Positions 9,511 through 18,969 of a DNA stretch of 64,000 nt are shown here, piece after piece. Both the position numbers and the translations under genes were made by a program. The stretch's first letter is position 1. Each line of letters starts with the position of its first letter. Source of the DNA: Ruminococcus sp. (GTDB lineage: Bacteria; Bacillota; Clostridia; Oscillospirales; Ruminococcaceae); NCBI GenBank assembly GCA_030531185.1, contig JAUNOG010000007.1, positions 508-64,507 on the forward strand, written 5' to 3'. Under the pieces are notes generated by a model. The model did no database searches, had not been told where the DNA came from, and saw only the letters and a list, made by a program, of their open reading frames with translations.

Positions 9511-11390
9511 TCTCCGATTATAAGCTGATCAATGACCCTATCGGTTGACTTTCCGTCGGTGTAGGTGAAATTCTTTTTGATGAAACCGTCCATTTTCTCG
9601 AATTCATAGTCCTTGTTTTTAATGGCGGTCATAAGATCGTCAAAATTATTGCATATCTTACCCGGAACTAAATCCTCGTACGGCTCGAAGAAGTCCCTTG
9701 TCGCTTCGTAGTACTTCTGGTCAAAGGCATAGAACAGCATAGGCTTTTTAAGCAAAGATGTCTCGTAAATAATCGAGCTGTAATCGGTTATAAGCACGTC
9801 GATTATAAACAGGATATCGTTGACCTCGCGGTATCCCGACGCGTCAAGAATAACGTCTTTGTACTCCTCGGGAATTTCTATCGGACGCTTTACAAAGGGG
9901 TGCATTTTGACGATAAGCACCGAGCCAGTCTCTTTAAGATGCTTTCCGAATGCGTTAAGGTCAACCTTGTCAAAGGGGAAATATGCCGACAAAGCGTTGT
10001 TCCCCCTGAATGTGGGAGCGTACATATAAACCGTCCGAGCCGTCTTACACTGAGGGAAAACCTCAAGCATAGCTGCGCGGGTCTTTTTCTTGTATTCCTC
10101 GTCAAAGAAGATGTCCGTTCTGGGAATTCCCACAGGATAGAACTTGCTCTCGTCAATGGCAAAGCCCTCCGCATTGTGGGCGGCTGAATGCCACGAACTT
10201 ACGGGAACGTGCGTATAACATTTGTGTACCTTAGTATTAAACGCAGGCGCGCCCTGCTTTCCCAGACGTTCAAAGCCTACTGCCTTGAAAGCTCCGCAGG
10301 CGTGCCATACTTGCAGGATTTTAACGTCCTTGTCAAAGTCAACAAGATAAATGTCGGGGTAGTAGTCGTCCACCAGAATAATATCGGAGGTAGCAAGGTA
10401 GTAAACAAACTTTATCACCCCGGGAATGGATTTTTTCTCGGTAATATTGGCCTTGAAATCAAAACGGAACTTATATTTTTTATCAAGTCCCCTTTCGATC
10501 ATTCTGTCGTAAATAACCTTCTCATTGCCGCCTATCTCGGCTCTCGAACCGCTGGTGAAAAGAATGATGTCGCCGTTCTTCTTGGCGAATTTCTTGAAGA
10601 ATTTAAAAGCGGTGCGGAAACTCCATATCTTCAGTCCGTATAGGTCTCTGATGATAAGCTTTTTGCGGTTTTGAAGGATTTTTTTCGTTCTGATAAAAAA
10701 CGTCTGCGAGGGCTGAGGAGGCTTGTAGGTCACGTTCAGAGCGTATTCCAGCGTGTCGATATCGGTTTTTGAAACGGCGTAGAACAAATTGTTTGCGCTC
10801 CTTCGGATTTTGAAATTCATAGGATTGCTTGCAGTATCGTCCTCTACCGCCGCAACGGTATGTGAGATCAGCGCGGGATATTCGTGGGTAAGAGTAACGT
10901 TTGTAAGACAAACTCCGTCTTTATCGTAGGTCTTTTTGCATAACGCTCCGTATGTTACGATGTAGTCGCACTTGTCCGAGGATATCTCAGGTTTGTCCAT
11001 ATCCTTGTATTTCTCAAATATCCTCAGATTATAAAGTCCCGTATCGATAGGTGCTTCTTTGTTTGCGCTCATCATATTGACGGTCAAATGAAAATGCATA
11101 CCGTCAATGTCAAAATGCTGAGCGTTGAATTTAAGAGACCTGTCCTGAGTGACAAAGCGCGCCCACAGATTTTGCGTTTCCTCGGGTTCAAAGCCTATCA
11201 GCTCGCCCTCGATATGCAGAATAATTCGCTTGTACTCAATTCTTGTGAGTACGGCGAACTTTTTATTGCGGCGTATCATATCGTCTATCGCCTTTTTGCG
11301 CTCTGCGTAAATCTCCGCGTTTTGTGCAAGCTCAGGACTTTCAAAGTTATCCGTATTGTCTAAAAAATCAAGATTATCAAAAGTATCCAT
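9507..11390 (-). CDS. CDP-glycerol/ribitol phosphotransferase (TagF/TarL-like teichoic acid polymerase) with N-terminal extension
   Basis: QVWHACGAFK, GIPRTD, YAPTFRG, KMHP, LITDYSS, DGKSTDRV. Confidence 0.92.
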   Translation of the reverse strand: MDTFDNLDFLDNTDNFESPELAQNAEIYAERKKAIDDMIRRNKKFAVLTRIEYKRIILHIEGELIGFEPEETQNLWARFVTQDRSLKFNAQHFDIDGMHFHLTVNMMSANKEAPIDTGLYNLRIFEKYKDMDKPEISSDKCDYIVTYGALCKKTYDKDGVCLTNVTLTHEYPALISHTVAAVEDDTASNPMNFKIRRSANNLFYAVSKTDIDTLEYALNVTYKPPQPSQTFFIRTKKILQNRKKLIIRDLYGLKIWSFRTAFKFFKKFAKKNGDIILFTSGSRAEIGGNEKVIYDRMIERGLDKKYKFRFDFKANITEKKSIPGVIKFVYYLATSDIILVDDYYPDIYLVDFDKDVKILQVWHACGAFKAVGFERLGKQGAPAFNTKVHKCYTHVPVSSWHSAAHNAEGFAIDESKFYPVGIPRTDIFFDEEYKKKTRAAMLEVFPQCKTARTVYMYAPTFRGNNALSAYFPFDKVDLNAFGKHLKETGSVLIVKMHPFVKRPIEIPEEYKDVILDASGYREVNDILFIIDVLITDYSSIIYETSLLKKPMLFYAFDQKYYEATRDFFEPYEDLVPGKICNNFDDLMTAIKNKDYEFEKMDGFIKKNFTYTDGKSTDRVIDQLIIGE

Positions 11391-11430
11391 AAATATCTTT
11401 CCTTACATTTTATCTGTTAAGCATAAAAGT

Positions 11431-12600
11431 TTATCTGTCGAGTATAAAATTTATAATTCTCTCTGTGGACTTTCCGTCGCAGGCGGACATAAATCTGTCC
11501 CTGAAAGCCCTCGCTTTTTCTCCGCTGTCGTTTTCGGCGGACTTTATCAGCTCTATCAGATCGTCGTTATCCCGCGCGATCTCTCCGGGTAAAAACGTTC
11601 TGTCGTAGCTGTAATAAAAACCTCTGCTGTCGTAGTAATCCTCCAGATCGAAAGCGTAAAAGATCATAGGCTTTTCCATAAGGGAAAATTCAAAGATAAG
11701 CGACGAGTAGTCGGTGATACATATATCCGCAGTAATCAGCAGATTTTCAATGCTTGTCTTACCCGACAGTTCAAAAGCAAAATCCTTGCAGTCGGGAGGG
11801 ATATCCCAGCCTTTTTTCACAAAGCCGTGCTGTTTTATGACGAGGATATATTCTCCTCCGAAATTCTCTTTCAGCTTAGTTATATCCAGCTTTTGCGGAA
11901 TATATGCTTTGTCGGCGTCCCCTCTGAAAGTGGGAGCATAAAGAATAATTTTTCGTCCGCCTGTCTCGGGACACAGCCTGCGTATTTCCTCTTTTGCTAT
12001 TTGCTTGTTATCATCGTCAAAATAAAAATCGGTTCTTGAAACTCCAATGGGCTGTACGGCGTGGTCGTCGAGCTCCAGCCCGAAAGCCTCTCTGTAAGCC
12101 CATACGCACTCGGGAGAGCTAACGGTGCAGAGGGAATAATTTGTATGAGCGGGATACCTGTCCATTTCGATTGCATTTTCACCGAAGGATAGATCAGCCA
12201 CGCTCCTGCCCCACTTTTTGAACGCTCCGCAGGCGTGCCACGTCTGTATCAGCTTGGTGTCCTCTCTCAGCCTGAACGCTCCGAAAAGGTTGCAGGTCTC
12301 GTTTAAAAGGACGCACCTTGCGTTGCCTATCATTGCCGCAAGCTTGGCGTATCTCCATAAGTACCCGAAACCGCCGATGTTGTTGCGCGCGAAAAAGACC
12401 GTGGGCTGCAAATCGGGGACTTCTTTCAGCCTTTCATAAATAAGCTTAAAGTTATCTGAAAGCTTATCCCCTCGTATCTCCGCAAAGATGATCTTATTTT
12501 TATCTACCCTCCGCAGACGTGAGATGCTGTAGACCGTCGGGTATACGATTTTGAACGCCGTAAATTTAGCTGCGTTTTTTATAATTGATTTTATACTCAT
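11431..12600 (-). CDS. CDP-glycerol glycerophosphotransferase family (TagB/TagF-like)
   Basis: QTWHACGAFKKWG, YAPTFRG, ITDYSS, DGKSTERI. Confidence 0.92.
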   Translation of the reverse strand: MSIKSIIKNAAKFTAFKIVYPTVYSISRLRRVDKNKIIFAEIRGDKLSDNFKLIYERLKEVPDLQPTVFFARNNIGGFGYLWRYAKLAAMIGNARCVLLNETCNLFGAFRLREDTKLIQTWHACGAFKKWGRSVADLSFGENAIEMDRYPAHTNYSLCTVSSPECVWAYREAFGLELDDHAVQPIGVSRTDFYFDDDNKQIAKEEIRRLCPETGGRKIILYAPTFRGDADKAYIPQKLDITKLKENFGGEYILVIKQHGFVKKGWDIPPDCKDFAFELSGKTSIENLLITADICITDYSSLIFEFSLMEKPMIFYAFDLEDYYDSRGFYYSYDRTFLPGEIARDNDDLIELIKSAENDSGEKARAFRDRFMSACDGKSTERIINFILDR

Positions 12601-12672
12601 AGCCTTAAAATCACCTTAATTTCGGGGGAGTGTCAATATAGCGGAATTCAATCCGTATAATCAAGCGGCGGA

Positions 12673-13077
12673 CTATTCGATCGCCGCATTATAGTACTCT
12701 TCTCCGTCACTTTCATCTATGTATGGAACGGCATAAAATCTTTTACCGATCATTGTTCTTAATTTTTGGATATCCGATAAATCGCTTGAACCAAATTCCT
12801 GATAGCATATAACCTCACTTGTTTTGTTCAGATTTTCGTAAAAATCCGTAACATACACAAAAAACTCATCTAAAAGATCCTCAAAAGGAACCTGCGTAAT
12901 ATTTTTCGGGGACGCGTTTTCTTCACCGTAGCATTCAGGCTCCATTTCAAATGAAAGAGAGGTAACAAATATGTCATCTTTACTATAAGGACATTTTGTT
13001 TTGTAAATACCCTCCTCTATCTTCTGATAGCTTGGTTCAGAGTACTTTTCAGGCGTGAAGTTATTAAAGTTTTTCAT
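12673..13077 (-). CDS. Acidic AT-rich hypothetical protein
   Basis: GGAGG RBS overlapping the upstream stop; 134 aa. Confidence 0.75.
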   Translation of the reverse strand: MKNFNNFTPEKYSEPSYQKIEEGIYKTKCPYSKDDIFVTSLSFEMEPECYGEENASPKNITQVPFEDLLDEFFVYVTDFYENLNKTSEVICYQEFGSSDLSDIQKLRTMIGKRFYAVPYIDESDGEEYYNAAIE

Positions 13078-13093
13078 AGAAGTTTACCCTCCA

Positions 13094-13633
13094 TTATGCG
13101 TTTTTCAGCCTATACGCCGCCTTTAAGATCGCAAGCTGAGTTTTGCTGTCCTTTAATTCGTTGTTCATTACCATTTCAAAGGCTTTGCTGAGAGGTATTT
13201 TCGTCACGTTAAGAAATTCTCCCTCGTCTAAATGCTGTTCGCCGAAGCTTAATCCTCTCGCAAGGTACATATGGATAATTTCCGTATCGTATGCTACCGT
13301 CGGATAGAGACAGCCCAGATATTCAAAGCTTTCCGCAGTAGCGCCTATTTCTTCTTTAAGCTCTCTTATGCCGCATTCCCTGTGATCCTCGCCGAATTCA
13401 AGCTTGCCCGCAGGTATTTCCATAAGAGCCGTATGGAACGGGTATCTGAACTGCTCCACAAAGTAGACGTTCTCCTCCTCGTCCAGAGCGACTACGCATA
13501 CTCCGCCCGGGTGCTTTATCCATTCTCTTCCCGTTTTATAGCCGTTGTCAAGCTCCACTTCGTCTTTATATAGCTTTACCACTTTGCCCTCGAATATCAG
13601 CTCGGAGCTTAGGGTCTTTTCATTCTGTACCAT
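13094..13633 (-). CDS. nudF: Nudix hydrolase, ADP-ribose pyrophosphatase-like
   Basis: HPGGV, QFRYP, EIPAGKLE...RELKEEIG Nudix box, LDEGEF, DSKT. Confidence 0.85.
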   Translation of the reverse strand: MVQNEKTLSSELIFEGKVVKLYKDEVELDNGYKTGREWIKHPGGVCVVALDEEENVYFVEQFRYPFHTALMEIPAGKLEFGEDHRECGIRELKEEIGATAESFEYLGCLYPTVAYDTEIIHMYLARGLSFGEQHLDEGEFLNVTKIPLSKAFEMVMNNELKDSKTQLAILKAAYRLKNA

Positions 13634-13651
13634 AGATTTCGTCCTTTCTGT

Positions 13652-13686
13652 ATTAGATGTTAGAAGTTAGAGGTTAGAGGTTAGAC
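13652..13686. repeat. Heptamer tandem array, 5 units
   Basis: ATTAGAT GTTAGAA GTTAGAG GTTAGAG GTTAGAC. Confidence 0.85.
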
Positions 13687-13687
13687 G

Positions 13688-14482
13688 TCATTCCCACATA
13701 TAATGGGAGGTTCTCCAACCGTATTCGGCAATTATGGACATTGCCTTGTCCTTTGGGATAACGCCTGCCGACTGCTCCACAGCCTTTTGCGCCGCCAGAG
13801 CAAAGGCGATCATTCTTTCGTGCGGGAAACGGCAGTAGGTCTTAAAGCTGAACTCGAACTTCCCTGCAAACAGCTCCGCAAGCTTTTTGGGCGATGTTTG
13901 CACAAGACCGTCAAAGGGAGTTTCCCAGTATTCGGGATTTCCGCAAGTCGCCGCGCATTTCTGCGAAAGAGGTCTGAGACTGCGTACGCCCAGCCCCTGA
14001 GTGCAAGCCGCCGTATCGTAAAAGGAACAGAAAGTGTTGGCTATCCTGTCTCCCATAATGTATCTTTCGCCGTTTGCTGTTTCGGCAACGAGAATTCCCA
14101 GTACTCCCGCCAGAGAATTGAATAGCTGTTTGTCTGAGCCGTCCGACATAAGAGCTTTCATTGCGCCTATCAGTCCGTCAACGCACTCCCTGCCTCCCGC
14201 AGAGCCTAAGACCGCCAGCAGAGTTTCAACGTGAACGCCTTTGCCGTCCTTGAGCATATTCAGTACGTTTGCGTAGATCTCCTGCCCAGCAAGCTTTGCG
14301 CCAACAAACGGGTCTTCCCTGCGCTTTAAATCTACCTGATGCATAAGGGTCTGTAAGTACGGCTTGTCCTCGTCAAAGGGCAGATCCTCGTATTTTCTTA
14401 CGGGGATAACGTAGTCCTTTATCAGATAGGGGGAATATAGTCTTGTGAATAGTTCCTGAAACTGCTCTGCCGTAATGCCCAT
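13688..14482 (-). CDS. Hypothetical protein
   Basis: 264-aa ORF, GGAGG RBS, host-like codon usage. Confidence 0.8.
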   Translation of the reverse strand: MGITAEQFQELFTRLYSPYLIKDYVIPVRKYEDLPFDEDKPYLQTLMHQVDLKRREDPFVGAKLAGQEIYANVLNMLKDGKGVHVETLLAVLGSAGGRECVDGLIGAMKALMSDGSDKQLFNSLAGVLGILVAETANGERYIMGDRIANTFCSFYDTAACTQGLGVRSLRPLSQKCAATCGNPEYWETPFDGLVQTSPKKLAELFAGKFEFSFKTYCRFPHERMIAFALAAQKAVEQSAGVIPKDKAMSIIAEYGWRTSHYMWE

Positions 14483-14537
14483 AGAAATACCTCCCGATCT
14501 TTATAAAGACGGGCGAACAAAGTCCGCCCTGTCTTGA

Positions 14538-17141
14538 TTATTCTTCGTCTTTATTTACGCTGTTGTTTTCTTCCGTTTCAGAGATATTTTCCGACTGCTC
14601 CGCATTATTATCGGAAGTCTCGCCGCTGTCGGAGACATCTTCGCTTTCGGAGTTTTCCGCAGTTTTCGCCGTATCCTCGGCGCTTTCGTCCGTTTCGGAC
14701 TTTCCGCCGCCGTTTTCAGGCTTTTCGGACTGCTCGCATTCCGGTTTTTCGTCCTTCTTGAAGTGCCAGAATATCACATAGGCAAACAGCGACACAAATC
14801 CTACGCCCGTAAGAATGTTTCCGTATCTGATACCGGGAGTTTCATAGGTAAAATGGATTTCGCTTTCTCCTGCAGGGCAGAGTACCGCCATAAAGCCGTA
14901 GTCTACCTTTTCGATGTCTGCGCTTTGACCGTTGACCTCCGCGCTCCAGCCGTCGTCGTAAGGCACGCTGAAGAACACAAGCTTAGGATTATCAAGGGTT
15001 ATAGCCGCGTCAAAGCCATAGCTGTCATAGCTGAATGACGAACAGCTTTCCGCTTTTCTGTCGGCACAGTTTTTGTTGTATTCATCGGTAGTAAAATCGT
15101 CGTCGGTGAAATTATAATAGGATATAACGTCTTTGTACTTATACGCCTGTTTAGTGTCCAGAACAAGGGCTTTCATAAGCATTTCGGTCTTTTCGACTTC
15201 CTCAGCCTGCTTGATCTCCGCGTCGGTCACATAGTAGTCGTAGGTAAATCCCATAGGGATATAATTGTCGTTTTCGTAGATGTTAAATCCGTTCTGAGTG
15301 TCAACGTAGGTAAAGCCCTTGAGCGAACCGCAGTTCTGAGGAGTTGTCACAGGTAACGTGCCGTTGCGCTGCGACTCGGGCAGTTCATTGAAATAATATT
15401 TGACAGAGAACAGACTTCTCAGCGGATATACGTTCTGCTCCATTCTTGAGGCAACGTCTCTTGTCTGATCTATTTCCGAATAAAAGTCCATAATAGATGT
15501 GGAAACTACGCTGTGGAAACATCTCATAGAGGACAGATCCCAGAACATACACCAGTTGTCAACGTTCTCCGAGGTGTCTATACGGTAGAAATTATTGTTC
15601 TCATTATAATTTGCCGAGGACGCTTCCAGCTTGTCCATATCGATATTGTCCCCGCCGTTGATAGCTCTTTCGATATAGTCGGCATTGTCGGAGCCCTGAG
15701 CCACTCCGTACAGCACCGATGAGGTATTGCAGATCACGCACGCCGCAGCAGTCATAGCGCAGGCTACCTTCATATAGTTGACCTTTTTTTCAGCCACAAA
15801 GTAAATAAGAATTCCCAGCATAACAAGCATAAGAATTGTTACCGCTGCCTGAATGTAGTAAAGTTCGATATATTGGGCGATCTTTCCGTAAACTGTAACG
15901 CCGTTTTCCTGAGTAGGCAGAAGTCCCACGCCGATAAAGAACAGCGCAACGGCTACCACGGGGATAAAGCCCTTTTTCAGATCGTCCTTGTTGTCCGACA
16001 GTACCTTAGAGGTCATCATACACATAAGGAGGATAGGCATATAATACCATCTTGCGTAATATGAGGCGTTGAAAAGCACGAACGCCGAATTAAGAACAGG
16101 CACGCAAGCCATAATGCCGAACACGATAATCGCCCAGTACGCCCAGTTCTTTTTGTGAGTTCTCATATAAGCGATAACTCCCGCCATTGAGAACATAGGC
16201 AAGTAACCCGCCAGAGAAGCCCAGCGCGCATTGTCCGAGCTGAGGATATTTATTCTTGCAGGCATATCCGACAGCATAAAGAACGCTTGGATAATTCTCG
16301 GTATTCTTACGTTTTCGCCGTAGAAAATAAGATCCTTGCCGAAAAGTCTTTCGTTTACACGGTAGTTTGAAAGTACTCCCAGTACCGACGGCAAAAGCAA
16401 AGTTGCCGAGATCATAACGCCGATAACAGCCTCGACGATAAGCAGGATAAATTTCTTCATATCTATATCGAAATCCTTGTCGATACATCTCAGGAAGAAA
16501 TAAATGACAAGGAACACGGCGTCGCACACAAAGAAGAAATAGCTGATAGTGGCGCAGATTGCTACCGCCACCGCAAAAGGTCCCTTCTTGTTGTCCTGAA
16601 CCAGCATTTCAAAGCCTAAAAGCAAAAGCGGGAAGAATGCGGTCGCATCGTGGAAATGATTAAAAAATACGTTGTAGGTCTGAAAGCCCGAGAACGCATA
16701 GAGAAGTCCGCCGATGTAAGCCGCGTCGGGATTTGAAGCGAAACGTCTGATGTAAGCATATGCGCACACAGCGGCGACTGCGGTTTTAAGGGACAGCAGC
16801 CACGGCATAAGATACACGGTCGCTCCCTTTGGGAACAGAGCGGTAAGCCAGAAAAACGGCGAGCCTAGCAGATAAAAGGAATACGATCCCACAAAGCCCG
16901 AGCCTAAGTCTGTACCCCAGTCCCAGCCGAGGTTGCCGTCCTTGACCATTTCCTGAGCGTGCTTGTAGAACATCATCTGCTGAGAGTTAAAGTCGCCGTA
17001 GTAGAGGAATATACCCTTATTTGCGATCATCGAGGGGATAAAGCAGATAAGCATTCCCACAAAGGCGGTGATAAAAAGCAGGAGATATTTTTCTTTTTGC
17101 CTTTCACCTGCTCCTTTCAGATACGGAGATTTCTTAAACAT
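14538..17141 (-). CDS. YfhO-family GT-C membrane glycosyltransferase
   Basis: GDFNSQQ, YLLGSPFF, many TMs, C-terminal FFSVPYDDGWSAEVNG; start placed at the ATG after AGAGG. Confidence 0.88.
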   Translation of the reverse strand: MFKKSPYLKGAGERQKEKYLLLFITAFVGMLICFIPSMIANKGIFLYYGDFNSQQMMFYKHAQEMVKDGNLGWDWGTDLGSGFVGSYSFYLLGSPFFWLTALFPKGATVYLMPWLLSLKTAVAAVCAYAYIRRFASNPDAAYIGGLLYAFSGFQTYNVFFNHFHDATAFFPLLLLGFEMLVQDNKKGPFAVAVAICATISYFFFVCDAVFLVIYFFLRCIDKDFDIDMKKFILLIVEAVIGVMISATLLLPSVLGVLSNYRVNERLFGKDLIFYGENVRIPRIIQAFFMLSDMPARINILSSDNARWASLAGYLPMFSMAGVIAYMRTHKKNWAYWAIIVFGIMACVPVLNSAFVLFNASYYARWYYMPILLMCMMTSKVLSDNKDDLKKGFIPVVAVALFFIGVGLLPTQENGVTVYGKIAQYIELYYIQAAVTILMLVMLGILIYFVAEKKVNYMKVACAMTAAACVICNTSSVLYGVAQGSDNADYIERAINGGDNIDMDKLEASSANYNENNNFYRIDTSENVDNWCMFWDLSSMRCFHSVVSTSIMDFYSEIDQTRDVASRMEQNVYPLRSLFSVKYYFNELPESQRNGTLPVTTPQNCGSLKGFTYVDTQNGFNIYENDNYIPMGFTYDYYVTDAEIKQAEEVEKTEMLMKALVLDTKQAYKYKDVISYYNFTDDDFTTDEYNKNCADRKAESCSSFSYDSYGFDAAITLDNPKLVFFSVPYDDGWSAEVNGQSADIEKVDYGFMAVLCPAGESEIHFTYETPGIRYGNILTGVGFVSLFAYVIFWHFKKDEKPECEQSEKPENGGGKSETDESAEDTAKTAENSESEDVSDSGETSDNNAEQSENISETEENNSVNKDEE

Positions 17142-17189
17142 TTTTAACAGTCCTCTTTCTTTGAAAATAGATACAAAAATACATACTAT

Positions 17190-17218
17190 ATTATAGCATA
17201 AAGGCAGGGGAAATGCAA
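17190..17218 (-). promoter_or_regulatory. Sigma-A promoter of the yfhO-led operon
   Basis: Minus strand TTGCAT-17-TATAAT with TGn extension. Confidence 0.65.
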
Positions 17219-17232
17219 GAGGCAATTTTGCG

Positions 17233-17267
17233 GTTAGAGGTTAGAGGTAAGAAGTAAGAGGTTAGAA
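17233..17267. repeat. Heptamer tandem array, 5 units
   Basis: GTTAGAG GTTAGAG GTAAGAA GTAAGAG GTTAGAA. Confidence 0.85.
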
Positions 17268-17465
17268 AAGGTGCAACGCAGGCGCATTTTTATATTTTGT
17301 TATATCCGTTTTCTAACTTTTACGGAAATCAACTTTATAAAACTGATTTCCTTAGCAATTTTCTAATGTAAAATCTTAGAAGTTTCTTAATAATCCTCCT
17401 AATGACTTGCGTATCTGATATTTATAATGTATAATTCATACAGAACAGAAAAAAGGGGGCGTATT

Positions 17466-18044
17466 ATGGGAAAAGCTCAAAAAAATAATCTCACAAAAAT
17501 CTGTCTTATTGCAGCGGGAATTATGCTCGCAGTTATAGTCGGCTCGGTGATCTCCGCCTGTGTTCTCAAAGGGAGAGAAGAAAAGTTTGAAAGTTTTGCT
17601 CCAGACGTTGAGATACAAAACGTTCTGCCCGACAACATAACCGATGAAATGCTGTCGGAATGCATAATCGATGAAGAAAAGGGTTCATTTTCGGCAGCGG
17701 AATTCCGGGCGGAAAGTCACGACCTGCTGGGCGTTCAGCAAAACGGAGATGAAACGTTAGTTTATTTACAAAGCCTGTGCGAGGGCTTTAACGATCCGTA
17801 TAATATGTCCTGCGGTCGGAGCGGTCCCTGCGTCTTAACGTTTGTAAAGAACGACGGGGAATTCAAGCTTACCGAATACTGGACGCCTCGGGACGGGGCG
17901 GGCTATAAAAGATCGATAAATGAAAAGTTTCCCGAGAAACTGTGGGAGGGCGCAATGGATACTCAGTCCACCATTGAGGAACGGACAGAAAGCAATAAGA
18001 ATAAGGCAAAATATTATTTTGAAACCAAGAACAGTCAAAGCTGA
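17466..18044 (+). CDS. Single-TM protein with extracellular domain (EYWTPRDG motif)
   Basis: N-terminal TM helix; GGGGG RBS; promoter TTGCGT-17-TATAAT at 17407-17435. Confidence 0.75.
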   Translation: MGKAQKNNLTKICLIAAGIMLAVIVGSVISACVLKGREEKFESFAPDVEIQNVLPDNITDEMLSECIIDEEKGSFSAAEFRAESHDLLGVQQNGDETLVYLQSLCEGFNDPYNMSCGRSGPCVLTFVKNDGEFKLTEYWTPRDGAGYKRSINEKFPEKLWEGAMDTQSTIEERTESNKNKAKYYFETKNSQS

Positions 18045-18168
18045 TATATTATAATAAGGTATATATTTAATGCACAAACGGTATGAAATCTGCGCTGTTT
18101 GTGCATTCTGCCTAAAATTGCGGGCGAAAAGTTAATAAAATTCTAAATGATAAATCTTTGACAGCCCC

Positions 18169-18197
18169 TTGCAAAATGCGTGCGCATAGTGTATAAT
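18169..18197 (+). promoter_or_regulatory. S10 operon promoter
   Basis: TTGCAA-17-TATAAT. Confidence 0.7.
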
Positions 18198-18239
18198 AAT
18201 ACTTGCGTGACTGCACAGTGTATGAAAATACACACGATA

Positions 18240-18325
18240 TGCGATGAAGCGAAAGGTTGCCGGCGGTGTGCCGGGTAATTTTCGCAGAGTATGTCCGATT
18301 TTAAACCGGGCGGCTGTAATACTGA
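18240..18325 (+). ncRNA. Firmicutes-type S10 operon leader RNA (boundaries approximate)
   Basis: GCGATGAAGCGAAAGGTTGCCG...GAGTATGTCCGATTTTAAACCGGGCG resembles the conserved rpsJ leader of Bacillota (from recall); lies in the rpsJ 5' UTR. Confidence 0.6.
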
Positions 18326-18654
18326 ACACGGTATGTGTTATGCTTACTTGCGGGGAACGGGCTTTGTCTGTTCTTTAGCGTGACGCATAATGCCTTGTGT
18401 CTGTTTTCGGTCCCGAAATCCGTTTGACGGTTTCGGAATTTTTTATGGGAAATCAGGAAACACACGGTAGGGTGTAGATTGATTTTAACGAGAAAATCAC
18501 TTCCGCACAGCGAGGTACTACAGATAGTCTCACGAGCCTGTCAATTGCACAAGCAGTTGAGTTTTTATGAAATGTCGATTGTTTGTGCAATTGACTGAGG
18601 CAAACGGGACTTGCCCCCTAAAACTTTTTTATATTGCACAAGGAGGCGATTTAA

Positions 18655-18969
18655 GTGGCAGTCAATGAGAAGATCAGAATCAAGATCAAGGGCTATGAGC
18701 ACGCGGTAGTAGACGCTGCGGCTACCAAGATTGTTGAAGCGGTTAAGCGTTCGGGCGCACAGGTATCGGGTCCTATCCCGCTCCCTACCGACAAAGAGGT
18801 AATCACAATCCTCAGAGCCGTTCACAAGTACAAGGACAGCCGTGAGCAGTTCGAAATGAGAACTCACAAGAGACTTATCGACGTAATCAGACCTACTAAG
18901 GAGACTACATCGGCTCTTGAAAATCTTGAACTTCCTGCCGGTGTCAACATTGTTATGGAAATCAAGTAA
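18655..18969 (+). CDS. rpsJ: 30S ribosomal protein S10
   Basis: [19 protein letters not shown]; GTG start. Confidence 0.98.
   Translation: MAVNEKIRIKIKGYEHAVVDAAATKIVEAVKRSGAQVSGPIPLPTDKEVITILRAVHKYKDSREQFEMRTHKRLIDVIRPTKETTSALENLELPAGVNIVMEIK

Noticed and set aside
17142-17225. N-terminal extension of YfhO
   Set aside because: It overlaps the predicted promoter; the RBS supports ATG 17141
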